Shown here one piece after another: positions 21,313 to 31,498 of a DNA stretch of 64,000 bases. Position numbers and translations under genes: made by a program. The DNA comes from Candidatus Spongiisociaceae bacterium (GTDB taxonomy: Bacteria > Actinomycetota > Acidimicrobiia > Spongiisociales > Spongiisociaceae). The notes under the pieces were generated by a model. The model was not told where the DNA came from. It searched no databases and saw nothing but the letters and a program-made list of their open reading frames with translations. Within the stretch, counting starts at the first letter, position 1. Every line of letters begins with the position of its first letter. Location of the stretch: positions 4,320,001 through 4,384,000 of the forward strand of contig OZ253564.1 of NCBI GenBank assembly GCA_965262915.1, given 5' to 3'.

Positions 21313-22014
21313 CTACCGGAGTGGCGCCACTCCCATGGCCACGGCCCGTGCGAGGGTCACCGACCCCAGGGAGGTCAGAACGGCCAGATAGCCGAGTCCG
21401 GTGGCCGCCATCACTCCGGGATACGACGGGTACCTGAGCGCGAACCAGACCGCCACCATCAGAAGGAAGCTGGTCCCCGCCAGACCCACCGAGACCACCA
21501 GGGCAGTCGCCGACCCTGCGTGGGGATAACCGAAGGAGAGCACCACCGCGGCGTCCAGAGCCACCCCCACCGCTCCTGCGGCGGCCAGGCGCTGCAGTGG
21601 CCCGCGAGGTATCCGGGGACTCACGAGATACCAGTGTCCGAGCAACAGCTCAGCGGTGATCCCGCCCAGCGCCAGGCTCCCCGTGACCGCAGGTACCAGC
21701 CGGTCGCCGACCGCGGCTCCTGCGAGGAACAACACCGCCGCCACCCCGAACATCACGGCGGCGATCCCGGATCTCCTGGCTACCGGTACAGCCCCGATCA
21801 CCACCAGGCAGGCTAAGGCCACGACCGGGCCGGGATCGAAGAACCAAGCCGTTCCACCGACCAGGCCGATCGTCCCCGCGGTCAACCAGAGGTAACCGGG
21901 CCCGACGATCCGCCAGTACGCCACCAGCGCTCCGGCGCCCGCGATCCCCGCCGACCACATCGCCAGCAACACCGCGGGATTGAATGCCGATTCCGACCCG
22001 AACATGGTCTCCAT
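21313..22014 (-). CDS. Hypothetical multi-pass membrane protein
   Basis: Hydrophobic throughout, LLGHWYLV motif; directly upstream of pepA. Confidence 0.7.
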   Translation of the reverse strand: METMFGSESAFNPAVLLAMWSAGIAGAGALVAYWRIVGPGYLWLTAGTIGLVGGTAWFFDPGPVVALACLVVIGAVPVARRSGIAAVMFGVAAVLFLAGAAVGDRLVPAVTGSLALGGITAELLLGHWYLVSPRIPRGPLQRLAAAGAVGVALDAAVVLSFGYPHAGSATALVVSVGLAGTSFLLMVAVWFALRYPSYPGVMAATGLGYLAVLTSLGSVTLARAVAMGVAPLR

Positions 22015-22269
22015 TCATGTCGAACCGCTCACCGCCCGGATACCCTCCTCGTAGGAAGCCGCTCGCGGCGGGCGGGCTGAGCAGTATATGACTGCGGTGG
22101 CCGGTGACCAGTGGGCGGCGGCAACTGTCCAGAGCGACAACCCGCAACTAGCAACTACTAACTGGCGGCTAGTAATATAAACCAGTGCCTACCGACCGGA
22201 TACGGGCTATATCGATGGGAGTCGGCATATCCTGGAAGAATCAGGCTCTCGATCCCGAAAGAGGCACCG

Positions 22270-23235
22270 TTGTCAGAACTCCCGTCCGTGTCGGTGGTCA
22301 TGGCGGTCCAGAACGAAGCCGGCCACCTCGAGAGAACGCTCGACGCCGTCCTCGGCCAGGACTACCCCGGACCGCTCGAGGTGGTGGTGGCCGACGGACG
22401 GAGTACCGACGAGACCCCGGCCATCCTGGAGCGGCGGGCGGCGCTCGAACCCCGGCTGCGGGTGGTGGACAATCCGGACCTGGAGGCGGCACCCGGCCTG
22501 AACCGGGCCATCGAGGCATCCGGGGGCGAGGTGGTGGTGCGTTGCGACGGACACGCCGAACCGGCCACCGACTACGTACGGATCGCGGTGGAACTCCTCG
22601 ATCAGACCGGCGCCGCCAACGTCGGATGCCGCCAGATGGCGCGCGGGACCACCCTGGTGCAGCGCGCCGTAGCTATCGCCATGACCTCGCCGTTCGGCAT
22701 CGGAAACGCCCGGTTTCGCTACTCGTCCACCGCGGGGCCGGTCGACACGGTATACCTCGGGGTGTTTCGCCGGACGGTGCTCGAGGAGGTGGGCGGGTTC
22801 GATCCCAGTCTGCGGCGCAACCAGGACTACGAACTCAACTACCGCCTGCGGCGCTCGGGCGAGATCGTGTGGTTCGACCCGCGCCTCGAGGTGACCTACC
22901 GGCCCCGGTCATCACTGCGAGCCCTCTGGCGGCAGTACCTCGACTACGGGAGATGGAAACGGGTCATGCTGATGCGAAACCCGGGATCGATGGCGGCGCG
23001 CCAGGCGGCTCCGCCACTGTTGGTGATCGGGCTCGTGGTATCGGCCGCGGCCGCCGCGACCGGCGTACCGTTCTGGTGGGTGGTGCCGCTCAGCTACGCC
23101 GCCTTCCTGGTGACGGGAACCATCACCGAGTCGATCCGGCGCCGCGATCGGGCCGCGGGGCTCCTCCCGGTCGTGATCGCGACCATGCATCTCGCCTGGG
23201 GTACGGGGTTCCTGCTAGTACGGACTCGGCGGTGA
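22270..23235 (+). CDS. GT2 glycosyltransferase (ExoA-like)
   Basis: VSVVMAVQNE, VADGRSTD, RCDGH, RNQDYELNYRL and C-terminal TMs. Confidence 0.9.
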   Translation: MSELPSVSVVMAVQNEAGHLERTLDAVLGQDYPGPLEVVVADGRSTDETPAILERRAALEPRLRVVDNPDLEAAPGLNRAIEASGGEVVVRCDGHAEPATDYVRIAVELLDQTGAANVGCRQMARGTTLVQRAVAIAMTSPFGIGNARFRYSSTAGPVDTVYLGVFRRTVLEEVGGFDPSLRRNQDYELNYRLRRSGEIVWFDPRLEVTYRPRSSLRALWRQYLDYGRWKRVMLMRNPGSMAARQAAPPLLVIGLVVSAAAAATGVPFWWVVPLSYAAFLVTGTITESIRRRDRAAGLLPVVIATMHLAWGTGFLLVRTRR

Positions 23236-25287
23236 AGGCCCTTTCCAGATAAAGGCGCGGGCGAGGAAGGTCGCCATCGATCCCCTGGTGACCGGATCGT
23301 CGGGACAGAAACGGGTCCCGTCCCCGCACCCCAACGTGATTCCCTCTTTGGCGATGGCATATATCTCGGCGCTGTGGGGATGGCCCCTCGGCACGTCCGT
23401 GAACCGGCCGTCCGGCACGCCTGGTGGCAGATCCCGGGCACGGGCCACGAACACGGCCATGACCTCCCGCGTCACCGGATCTTCGGGACAGAAACGGGTC
23501 CCGTCCCCGCACCCCGAGGTGATCCCCAACTCCGCGATCGCATAGATGGCGCCTCGATGGATATGGCCCGCCGAGACATCCGAGAATCTGGTTCCCTCGA
23601 TCCCGGGGAGTCTCATGGCGCGGCTCAGGAAGGTGGCCATCGCCCCCCTGCTCACCGGATCTTCGGGACAGAATAGGGTCCCGTCCCCGCACCCCCGGGT
23701 GAGCCTGTTGTCGAGCATGGCTTGGATACCGACAGAATGAGCAGAATCGATCGCGTCCGGGAAGAGCGGTAGGGGGTCGTGATCGGATGAGGCCCACACG
23801 GGGTCGTCGAGATCCCCGTCGTTGCGCACGGGCACCTCAGGCACGCCCGGGTCGGGCGGAGGCTCGGGATGTGCGGGAGTTTCGGATTGTTCGGGCCACT
23901 CCCCGTCGATGGACATGATGTTGGAGGACTTGAGCCCGAGATGAGTCCGTAGCCAGGAACCCGCGACGGTTACCGATCTCGATTCGCCTCCGTCCAGTCC
24001 CTCGAATCTCACATGCGCCGGAGAGGCAAGCGACTCCTCGACATCCAACGTTGCGTCGGTCACTTCCTCCCAGCGCAACAAACGGGCTATATCCGAAGCG
24101 CGGACACTGCGCTCCCAGGAAGCGTTCGGGTTGCCCAGGTCGGGGTCCACGTCCCAGTGATCTTCGACCGGCTCGAGGTAGGGCCACGATCGGACGCTCT
24201 TCTGTGGCACCTTGTTCCACTCCGTAAAGAACCCGTAGCGGTTGCTGAGGGAGAAGCCACCTGACGAGGCGGAGAAGAACGCCTGCACGATCCCCCCCTT
24301 GGTGTACCTCTCCGAATTCTCTCCGAAGTAGGTGAGGACCCGGTCCCGGGTCGCCTCCACACCCTCCAACCATGGCCCCCCGTCAGACCGCGACTCCTTG
24401 GCCCAACCTATGTAGTTCATGTCTCGGGTGTTGTCGTACAGATGGCACCAGCAGCGGTCCTTCCGCTCGGCGTCGATACCCGGGTCCGTGTCGGGATCGG
24501 CGGGTCGCGGCACGGTCTCCGACTGGAAGAACTTGAAGGCGGCATACGAGCGGGCCGCGACCGCCTGGGCTTCGTTGACCCCCGGTGCCTCCCAGTGGTC
24601 CAGAATCTCGGCAATGCCCCTCAGGTAGTCCTCGAGGCCCACCGCCAACACCACGTGGAACCCGATCTCCTCGGGGTCGTCCCGTATCTTCAGTTCCCCG
24701 TGCCGGTACTCGCACTCCTCGCCCCTGCGGGATGCGCACAGCTTGCTCCTCTCCTTCCCGTACCGGAGCCGGACTCCTGTCGCGTCCGGCCAGGCGATCG
24801 AAGCCCTGCAGCTACCGGCGGTGCCCTGGAGCTCCCCGCCCAGGAAGAACCCGCACTCGTTGCGTGCGATCCGCCGGAACTCCCATTTCTCCCCCTTCTG
24901 CGGTTGCTCGGGTTTGGGGCACGGACCTTCCCCGTCATCCGCCAGGCACAACTCGAGCGGACCTCCCACGGCGGTGAACTCAAGCAGGGTGATATGGGAG
25001 CCCAGGTTCACCCAGAGCGGGTGGTCGAGCGTGTAGAGCAGGTCGTTGCGGAGCGAGAGGTCGCTCAACGAACCCGGTTCCGAGCCCGGGTAGTAGTAGG
25101 CGGCGATCTCCTCGCCGGGCTTGTCCGGATGCTCCAATGCCTGGCCGTAGGCGCCCCATTGGCTCATACCCACACGGTGGCCCCACCCGGCGCCCTCGAA
25201 CACGAACACCCGACCGCTCTGGGCGGAAGCGGCCGCCGCCAGCGCCACCGCCCCCAAGGCCGCGAAGAAAAGTAACTTCCTGAGCAC
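23215..25287 (-). CDS. Secreted SpoIID/LytB-like lytic transglycosylase with three SLH domains
   Basis: Signal peptide; GAGWGHRVGMSQWGA, LEDYLRGIAE, AQAVAARSYA; three GCGDGTxFCPxDPVxRxxMAxF repeats, also visible as ~180-bp-spaced DNA repeats. Confidence 0.88.
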   Translation of the reverse strand: MLRKLLFFAALGAVALAAAASAQSGRVFVFEGAGWGHRVGMSQWGAYGQALEHPDKPGEEIAAYYYPGSEPGSLSDLSLRNDLLYTLDHPLWVNLGSHITLLEFTAVGGPLELCLADDGEGPCPKPEQPQKGEKWEFRRIARNECGFFLGGELQGTAGSCRASIAWPDATGVRLRYGKERSKLCASRRGEECEYRHGELKIRDDPEEIGFHVVLAVGLEDYLRGIAEILDHWEAPGVNEAQAVAARSYAAFKFFQSETVPRPADPDTDPGIDAERKDRCWCHLYDNTRDMNYIGWAKESRSDGGPWLEGVEATRDRVLTYFGENSERYTKGGIVQAFFSASSGGFSLSNRYGFFTEWNKVPQKSVRSWPYLEPVEDHWDVDPDLGNPNASWERSVRASDIARLLRWEEVTDATLDVEESLASPAHVRFEGLDGGESRSVTVAGSWLRTHLGLKSSNIMSIDGEWPEQSETPAHPEPPPDPGVPEVPVRNDGDLDDPVWASSDHDPLPLFPDAIDSAHSVGIQAMLDNRLTRGCGDGTLFCPEDPVSRGAMATFLSRAMRLPGIEGTRFSDVSAGHIHRGAIYAIAELGITSGCGDGTRFCPEDPVTREVMAVFVARARDLPPGVPDGRFTDVPRGHPHSAEIYAIAKEGITLGCGDGTRFCPDDPVTRGSMATFLARAFIWKGPSPPSPY

Positions 25288-25468
25288 CAGAGCAGTTTAG
25301 GACGTCCCCCCGCCCACCCTATGGATTGCCGGAATCCGGACCTATCCCGCCGTTCCGGAACCGGAACAGATCTCCGAGCGACCCGAGAGCATGCAACAGT
25401 ACGACCGGTCCGCGGCCGATGGAAGCCGTGTCGTGAGTGTTCGGCCTTCGGCCGGACACATGCGGAGG

Positions 25469-28400
25469 TCAGCCGGCCGAAGAACTCGTGGCCGGCCCGG
25501 GCAGGAGGACGCCGGGTGCTAGACCGGCGAATTCCGGCGTCCAACCGGCTCGGATTTGCTCGGCATGGCGAAGGAAGTAGGTGTCGTCGTTCTCCCATGT
25601 GTGGCCTGAGCCGTGCCGGACGAGAACGTAGCCAAATCCGTGAGTCCGGTATACCTTTCCCCCTACACGCCTCACGTCTTCGACAAGCGCTACGTCCACC
25701 CCCCTCGGTACCCTCCTCCACCCCCCGGCAGTCTCCAGATCGTAGCGTGAGATCAGCAGTGTCCCCCCAGCAATGGAAATCACTTTCGAAGCAGCCTCCC
25801 CCTTCCCGCAGAACCGGTGGATCGTCTTGTCCGACCGCGCCAGGTAGACGAACTCGGACCCTTTCGCCACCAGTTGCGCGCCGGAATACTCGTGGGCGAG
25901 CACCAGATCCCAGATGTGTTCGTCGGAGTAGACGTCGTCATCGTCCATCTTGGTGAGCAAAGTTCCCCCCGACGCGGACACCGCCCTGTTGAGCGCCGCG
26001 CCGAAGCGGTGACGTCCGTCTACGCGCAGAACCCGGGTGAGGATCGGCAGGTCCGCGGCGGCTGCCTCCACATCGTTACCGAACCCTTCCCCATGCAACA
26101 CGAGGATGAGCTCCAATCTCGGGTAGGTCTGGGACGCCACGGTGACAAGCAGGTCGGCAACCAGGTCGGGACGTTTAGTCACCGCCAACACGGATACGTC
26201 GGGGAGTACCGGCGGGTCCGGCAGCCCCGCTCCGATGACCTCGCGGGCCCTGGCTCGCAGGGTGTGATCCCGCAGGGCCGCCCGGCGCATCGACGTGCTG
26301 AGCAGCTCCCGGCCATGGAGGTCGGCTTCGAGTATGTCCGGGGCGGATATCAGCGCGTACAACTCGGCGCCGAGCCGGGACTCGAGAGCCGGATCGTCAT
26401 CTGCCAGATGCACCACCACCCCCATACCAGCCACAGCGGCCAGGGTGGCCGCACGGATGGTCATATCGGAGTGGAACGCCGCCACATCCTCCAGGTGATG
26501 GACGACCCGCAGCGCCTCCCGATCGTTGCACGCCACCGTGTGGTTCGCAGCGCTTCCGGAAGGAAGCAGGTCGAGCGGCCCCAGAGCTCCAACTCCCTTC
26601 TCCGGTTCCCTGTGCCATCCGATGGGGTTGATGGTCAGCGGGTCGAAAGCGGGAACGGAGAACCGGACCGGGAGTTCGGACAGTATCACCAACGGAACCT
26701 CGACTTCTCCCGCTGCATCCCGTGTATCGGCTACGACGAGGTCCACGTGCCTGCCATCGAGAGAGTGGCCCACCCTGATGGAGTTGCCGAAGACCGCCAC
26801 AGCCTGCGGACCCACCGTGACGATCTCGGCCCCCAACGGGTAGCCGGCGCCCACACCTCCGAAGGGTGCCATCTGCGCGGTCTCCAGCAAGCGATCCGCG
26901 CCCGCACCGATGCCCTTCGGCCGGGTACGGGACCGGCGGTAGCGGCGGCGAACTCCCCTCAACCGCCATCCCACCGCACCCGCCAGCCACTTCGCGAACA
27001 GCCAGGCCTGCCCAAAGCTGTCGATCCGCCGGAACTCCTCGAGGAGCCTGCCCGCCTTCGAACTCAGCCGCCGCACCCGCCGCGCAAAGGGACGCGAACG
27101 GAGCACCGTCGGGGCCCCGGGTGCGGTCCTTACGGCTTCCGCCGACACCGCGGCACCCAAGTCGGCGATGCTCTTCCCCGCCCGGTTGGCCCGGTGCAGA
27201 GCCCAGGTCCGGACGATCGACACCCGGGAGCCGTCGGACAGGGTCATGGTCGCGTGGACCGCCGAGCCCAGCTTGTTGCGGAGGGTGTGAATGATGTTCA
27301 CCCCAACATCGGCGCCCGGGGGAATCGTCACGTGGAAGGAGGAGATCGGGAACTCGTCCAAGACGGTATGGACCGGCCCGAAGCGGACCCGAGGATCGGG
27401 TCCGAGTTGGCGGCGGAACCACTCGAAGGCATCGTCCTCCGGCCGGTCTTCGATCATCACCACCAAGTCGTGGACCCGGTCTCCCAGGATCCGTTCGGCC
27501 ACGTGGAACAGCCTGTCCACGGGCGCGTACCCCGCCTCGACGGTCACCACGTATTGCGGAACCGTGAAGGTGCGGCCCGCCGGAGCGCCTCGGAACCCGT
27601 AGTGGGCAATCAGGTGGGCGATCTTAGCCCTCTGAAGTTGCAGACTGCGTCGCTCCGCCTCGCTGGGCGCCGCCCCCACCCCCTGGTGCCAGCAAAACCC
27701 CTCCCTCACCGGGACCAACAGGGCGCCATGGGTGTAGGCCCGGTAGCCGAACTCGGTATCCTCGGCCCCCCACTGGGTGAACGACTCGTCGAATCCCCCG
27801 ACAGTCTCGAAGAATTCCCTGGAAACCCCCAGGTTCCCCCCGGTGACCACCCTGAACAGGTCGTCCGCCGAGGAGGTCAGGTCGTCGGTCCGGTCCATGT
27901 GAAACTCGATCCACTCGGGCCGTGCCGAAGGCCGGTCGGAGAACATGTCCTCCAACGATCCCGTCAGGTTCCTCACCATGGCTATATCCACGCCGTCCAC
28001 TTCCACGTGAGCCCTGAAGCCGAGGGTCAGCGCGTCCGTAACAACGTGATGCCAGCGGGCATGAGCGGCCAGCCACCCGGCCTCGGGCATCATGTCACAA
28101 TCGAGAAAGATCAGGATCCCGTGGGAGGCGGCCCCGGCCCCGGTATTGCGGGCTCTCGCCAGACCGAAGCCCCGGTCCTCCTGGTGCACGACCTGCACGT
28201 TGAGGTCGGTATAGGTCGGCTGCTGAAGAGGGACCCTCGAACCATCGTCGACCACCACCACCTCGAACAGATCCCTCGGGTATCTTTGGCGCTCGAGGGC
28301 GGCCAACGTCAGCTCTAGAGCCTCGGGCGCCTCGTAGTAGGGAACCACAACGGTCACCGGAAGGGTGGGCACGAAATCCTCGAGCGACGGTACGTCCACC

Positions 28401-31400
28401 CTGTGCCAGTCATTGCCGCGGACCTTCGTGGGCTGAGGCCCGCGAACCGTTGCCGGCCGCGGGGAGGGAGTTCCGGCCCTGCCCGCTGATCGCCCGCCCG
28501 TGAACGGCGATACGGTGCCCGCCAAACCGGCTCGCTCTGGACGCCACCCGTCCCATACCTCCCCAGCCTGGTCGAGGATGTAGGCGTCCTCCTGCCTACG
28601 TTCCTCCGGCGAGCCGTCCACGACCTGCACGTATCCGCAACCGTGGGTCCGGTAGACTGAGCCCCCTATCGACGTGACGTCGTCGGCCAGGGCACTCCCC
28701 GCGTCCGTACGGAGCCTCCTCCACCCTCCGGCCGCGGCCAGATCGTGACGGGAGATGAGCATCGCCCCGTCTGCCAGGGCGTCCCTGGCGGCCGGGAACT
28801 CCTCGCCCCCGCCTACATGGAGGTGGACCATCCGATCGATGTGGGCCAGGTAGAGGAACTCGGCGCCCTTGGCCACCAACTCGGCCCCCGAGTACTCCCG
28901 GGCGAGAACCAGATCCCACACATGTTCGGATGCGTACAGGCTCCGGTCGTCCATCCTGGTGAGCAGAGCGCCTCCGGAGGCGACCACCCCACGGTTGAGA
29001 GCAGTTCCGAGGGTTTGCGAATCCTCCATCCTCAATACGCGTGTACGGCAGGGCGCCTCGGCTGCGGTCTCTTCGACCTCGTCTCCGAACACGCCGCCCT
29101 GCAGCAGGAGCACCATCTCCAACCGAGGATAGGTCTGCGAGCACACGGCCTCCAGCAGGCCGGGCAGTAGGTCGGGGTCGGTGGCGACGGCGAGCACGGA
29201 CACCTCAGGCAGCGTCGGCGCATTGAGCGCGGCGGCGGAGATGATCTCCCTGGCGCGGCTCGCCAGAGAATGGCTCCGGAGGGCTTCCCGGCGCGCCGCG
29301 ATGCTCATCAGCTCCCGTTCGCCCGGGTCGGCATGCAGGAGGCCGTCGCCGGACATCAGTCCGTACAGGTCATGGCCCAAGAGCCTCTCCAAGCCTGGAT
29401 CGGAATCGGCCAACCTCACTACCACGCCCTTGGCGGCCAGGGCCGCCAGCGTGCTGGCCCGGCTTACCGGATCGGGGTGGAAACCGGCCACATCCACGAC
29501 GTACCAGGTGCGGAGGAGTGGGTCGCGGTCATCGGCCGACAGGACGGCATCCGCCGTCACACCGGGAGGTAGCAACTCGAGGGCGCCGAGAACACCCACG
29601 GTCGGCTCAGCGTCTCGTATCCATCCGATCGGATTGGTGGACCGCGGATCGAGCGCCGGGACCGAAAGCCGCCTCGCCTGTTCGGTGAGAAACACCACCG
29701 GCACATCCGGATCGAGAGCCTGTTCGACCGCATCGGGATCATCGGCCAGGATCAGGTCAACGTGGTGCCCGTCAACAGTGCTAAAAACCCTTCGGGAGGC
29801 TCCCAGTACCGCACGGGCCCGCCGACCCGACGTGACGATCTCCGCCCCGAGCGGGTAGTCCGAGACTGGTAAGGCATCGGTCGATGGCCGGAACACGAAA
29901 GGCAACCACACCTGTAGGCGGCTGTGGACGGCTCCCGCCAGCCACTTGAGGAACTGCCAAGCCTGGCGGGGGTTGCGGATACGTAGGATGGCCCTGACCA
30001 GGCCGACCACCCTCGCCCGTATCCGCCGGACGGTCCAGTACATCCGCCTGACCAGGCCGACCACCCTCGCCCGTATCCGCCGGACGGTCCAGTACATCCG
30101 CCGTAGCTGCGAGCGGACCCGCCGGACCAGGGCCTTCAGGCCGGCCCACCCCTGCGGCCGGGCGCTGACGAGTACCATGCGGCGTACCTTCACCGACACC
30201 CTGGCGCCCAACTCGCCGATGCTTCTCCCGTTGCGGCGCATTCGGTGCAGCGCCCACGTCCGGACGATCGACACCTGCGCGTCGTCACCCAATATCAAGG
30301 TCGCCTCCACCGCTCCGCCTAGTTCGGTCCGCATCGTGTAGACGAAGTTCTCCGCAGGCTCCGCCCCGGCGGGTACCGTGATGTGGAAGGCGGCATTGGG
30401 GAAGCTGTCCAAGGCTGTGTCGGGCGACCCGAAGCGGACACGTGGATCGGGACCGAAATGGCGGCGGATCAACCCGAAGCCCTCGTCGCCGGGTCGGTCC
30501 TCGATCCTGACCACCAGATCGTGGATACGGTCCCCGAGGATCCGCTCGACGACCGAGAAAACCTGTTCAACCGGGGCATCCCTGGTCTCGACAGACACCA
30601 CGAACTGGGGAACCGTGAAGGAACGGCCGGGGGAGGCCCGGCGAAACCGGTACTGCGCGATCAAATGGGCGATCTTGGCCTGCTGGAGATCGAGACTCAG
30701 GATCTCCTCGTCGCTGGGGGTGGCCCCGGCGCCCTGATGCCAGCAGAACGCCTCCCGTTCGGGTACCAGCAGGGCACCCCTCGTGTACGCCCGGTAGCCG
30801 AACTCGGTGTCCTCCGCGCCCCACTGGGTGAACGACTCGTCGAACCCCCCCACGCTCTCGAGGAACGCCTTGCCGACACCGAGGTTCCCGGACGTGACCA
30901 CCCTGAATATGTCGTCCGCGGTGGACGTGAGTTCGTTGGTCCTGGCCATGTGGAACTCGATCCACTCGGGGCGTTCCGCCGGGCGATTCGAGAAGAGGTC
31001 CCCCAACGAACCGGGCCGCTCCCTGATACTGGACGGATCGATGTCGCCCGTCCGCACGTGCGCCCGGAACCCGAGAGTGAGGGCATCGGACAGCACGTGG
31101 TGCCAACGGGCATGGGCTGCCAACCACCCGGCCTCGGGCATCATGTCGCAATCGAGAAACACCACGATGTCGTGGGCCGCGGCCCTCGCGCCCCTGTTGC
31201 GAGCCCTCGGCGCCCCGAAACCGCGCCTTTCCTGGTGGATGACCTTCACATCGAGGGGAGTTCCTACGGGTTGGCTGAGCGGGACCCCGGAACCGTCGTC
31301 CACGACGATCACCTCGAACAGGTCTCGGGGATAGCTCTGCCTCTCGAGGGCGGCCAACGTCAGCGCCAGCGCCCCGGGAGCTTCATAGTGGGGAATCACC

Positions 31401-31498
31401 ACCGTTACCGGAAGGATGGGTACGAACTCTTCGAGACGAGGGACGTCGACCTTACGCCAGTCGTTGCCTCGTACCGTCGTCGGCCCGCGGGTGCTCAC
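25469..31498 (-). CDS. 2009-aa internally duplicated multi-domain GT2 glycosyltransferase
   Basis: Two ~1000-aa halves, each starting VRGNDW...VVDDGS...FLDCDMMP...GGFDESFTQWGAEDTEFGYR and ending in a second GT-A-like domain (QTYPRLE...MDD). Confidence 0.9.
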   Translation of the reverse strand: MSTRGPTTVRGNDWRKVDVPRLEEFVPILPVTVVIPHYEAPGALALTLAALERQSYPRDLFEVIVVDDGSGVPLSQPVGTPLDVKVIHQERRGFGAPRARNRGARAAAHDIVVFLDCDMMPEAGWLAAHARWHHVLSDALTLGFRAHVRTGDIDPSSIRERPGSLGDLFSNRPAERPEWIEFHMARTNELTSTADDIFRVVTSGNLGVGKAFLESVGGFDESFTQWGAEDTEFGYRAYTRGALLVPEREAFCWHQGAGATPSDEEILSLDLQQAKIAHLIAQYRFRRASPGRSFTVPQFVVSVETRDAPVEQVFSVVERILGDRIHDLVVRIEDRPGDEGFGLIRRHFGPDPRVRFGSPDTALDSFPNAAFHITVPAGAEPAENFVYTMRTELGGAVEATLILGDDAQVSIVRTWALHRMRRNGRSIGELGARVSVKVRRMVLVSARPQGWAGLKALVRRVRSQLRRMYWTVRRIRARVVGLVRRMYWTVRRIRARVVGLVRAILRIRNPRQAWQFLKWLAGAVHSRLQVWLPFVFRPSTDALPVSDYPLGAEIVTSGRRARAVLGASRRVFSTVDGHHVDLILADDPDAVEQALDPDVPVVFLTEQARRLSVPALDPRSTNPIGWIRDAEPTVGVLGALELLPPGVTADAVLSADDRDPLLRTWYVVDVAGFHPDPVSRASTLAALAAKGVVVRLADSDPGLERLLGHDLYGLMSGDGLLHADPGERELMSIAARREALRSHSLASRAREIISAAALNAPTLPEVSVLAVATDPDLLPGLLEAVCSQTYPRLEMVLLLQGGVFGDEVEETAAEAPCRTRVLRMEDSQTLGTALNRGVVASGGALLTRMDDRSLYASEHVWDLVLAREYSGAELVAKGAEFLYLAHIDRMVHLHVGGGEEFPAARDALADGAMLISRHDLAAAGGWRRLRTDAGSALADDVTSIGGSVYRTHGCGYVQVVDGSPEERRQEDAYILDQAGEVWDGWRPERAGLAGTVSPFTGGRSAGRAGTPSPRPATVRGPQPTKVRGNDWHRVDVPSLEDFVPTLPVTVVVPYYEAPEALELTLAALERQRYPRDLFEVVVVDDGSRVPLQQPTYTDLNVQVVHQEDRGFGLARARNTGAGAASHGILIFLDCDMMPEAGWLAAHARWHHVVTDALTLGFRAHVEVDGVDIAMVRNLTGSLEDMFSDRPSARPEWIEFHMDRTDDLTSSADDLFRVVTGGNLGVSREFFETVGGFDESFTQWGAEDTEFGYRAYTHGALLVPVREGFCWHQGVGAAPSEAERRSLQLQRAKIAHLIAHYGFRGAPAGRTFTVPQYVVTVEAGYAPVDRLFHVAERILGDRVHDLVVMIEDRPEDDAFEWFRRQLGPDPRVRFGPVHTVLDEFPISSFHVTIPPGADVGVNIIHTLRNKLGSAVHATMTLSDGSRVSIVRTWALHRANRAGKSIADLGAAVSAEAVRTAPGAPTVLRSRPFARRVRRLSSKAGRLLEEFRRIDSFGQAWLFAKWLAGAVGWRLRGVRRRYRRSRTRPKGIGAGADRLLETAQMAPFGGVGAGYPLGAEIVTVGPQAVAVFGNSIRVGHSLDGRHVDLVVADTRDAAGEVEVPLVILSELPVRFSVPAFDPLTINPIGWHREPEKGVGALGPLDLLPSGSAANHTVACNDREALRVVHHLEDVAAFHSDMTIRAATLAAVAGMGVVVHLADDDPALESRLGAELYALISAPDILEADLHGRELLSTSMRRAALRDHTLRARAREVIGAGLPDPPVLPDVSVLAVTKRPDLVADLLVTVASQTYPRLELILVLHGEGFGNDVEAAAADLPILTRVLRVDGRHRFGAALNRAVSASGGTLLTKMDDDDVYSDEHIWDLVLAHEYSGAQLVAKGSEFVYLARSDKTIHRFCGKGEAASKVISIAGGTLLISRYDLETAGGWRRVPRGVDVALVEDVRRVGGKVYRTHGFGYVLVRHGSGHTWENDDTYFLRHAEQIRAGWTPEFAGLAPGVLLPGPATSSSAG
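29993..30102. repeat. Perfect in-frame 54-bp tandem duplication inside the giant GT
   Basis: CCTGACCAGGCCGACCACCCTCGCCCGTATCCGCCGGACGGTCCAGTACATCCG twice; encodes RRMYWTVRRIRARVVGLV x2. Confidence 0.95.

Noticed and set aside
23280-23700. Three ~180-bp-spaced DNA repeats
   Set aside because: Explained by the three SLH domains of the encoded protein.
25290-25468. Possible c-di-AMP (ydaO) riboswitch upstream of the SpoIID-SLH gene
   Set aside because: Lacks the conserved ydaO motifs such as CCCGUCAGCUAAC.
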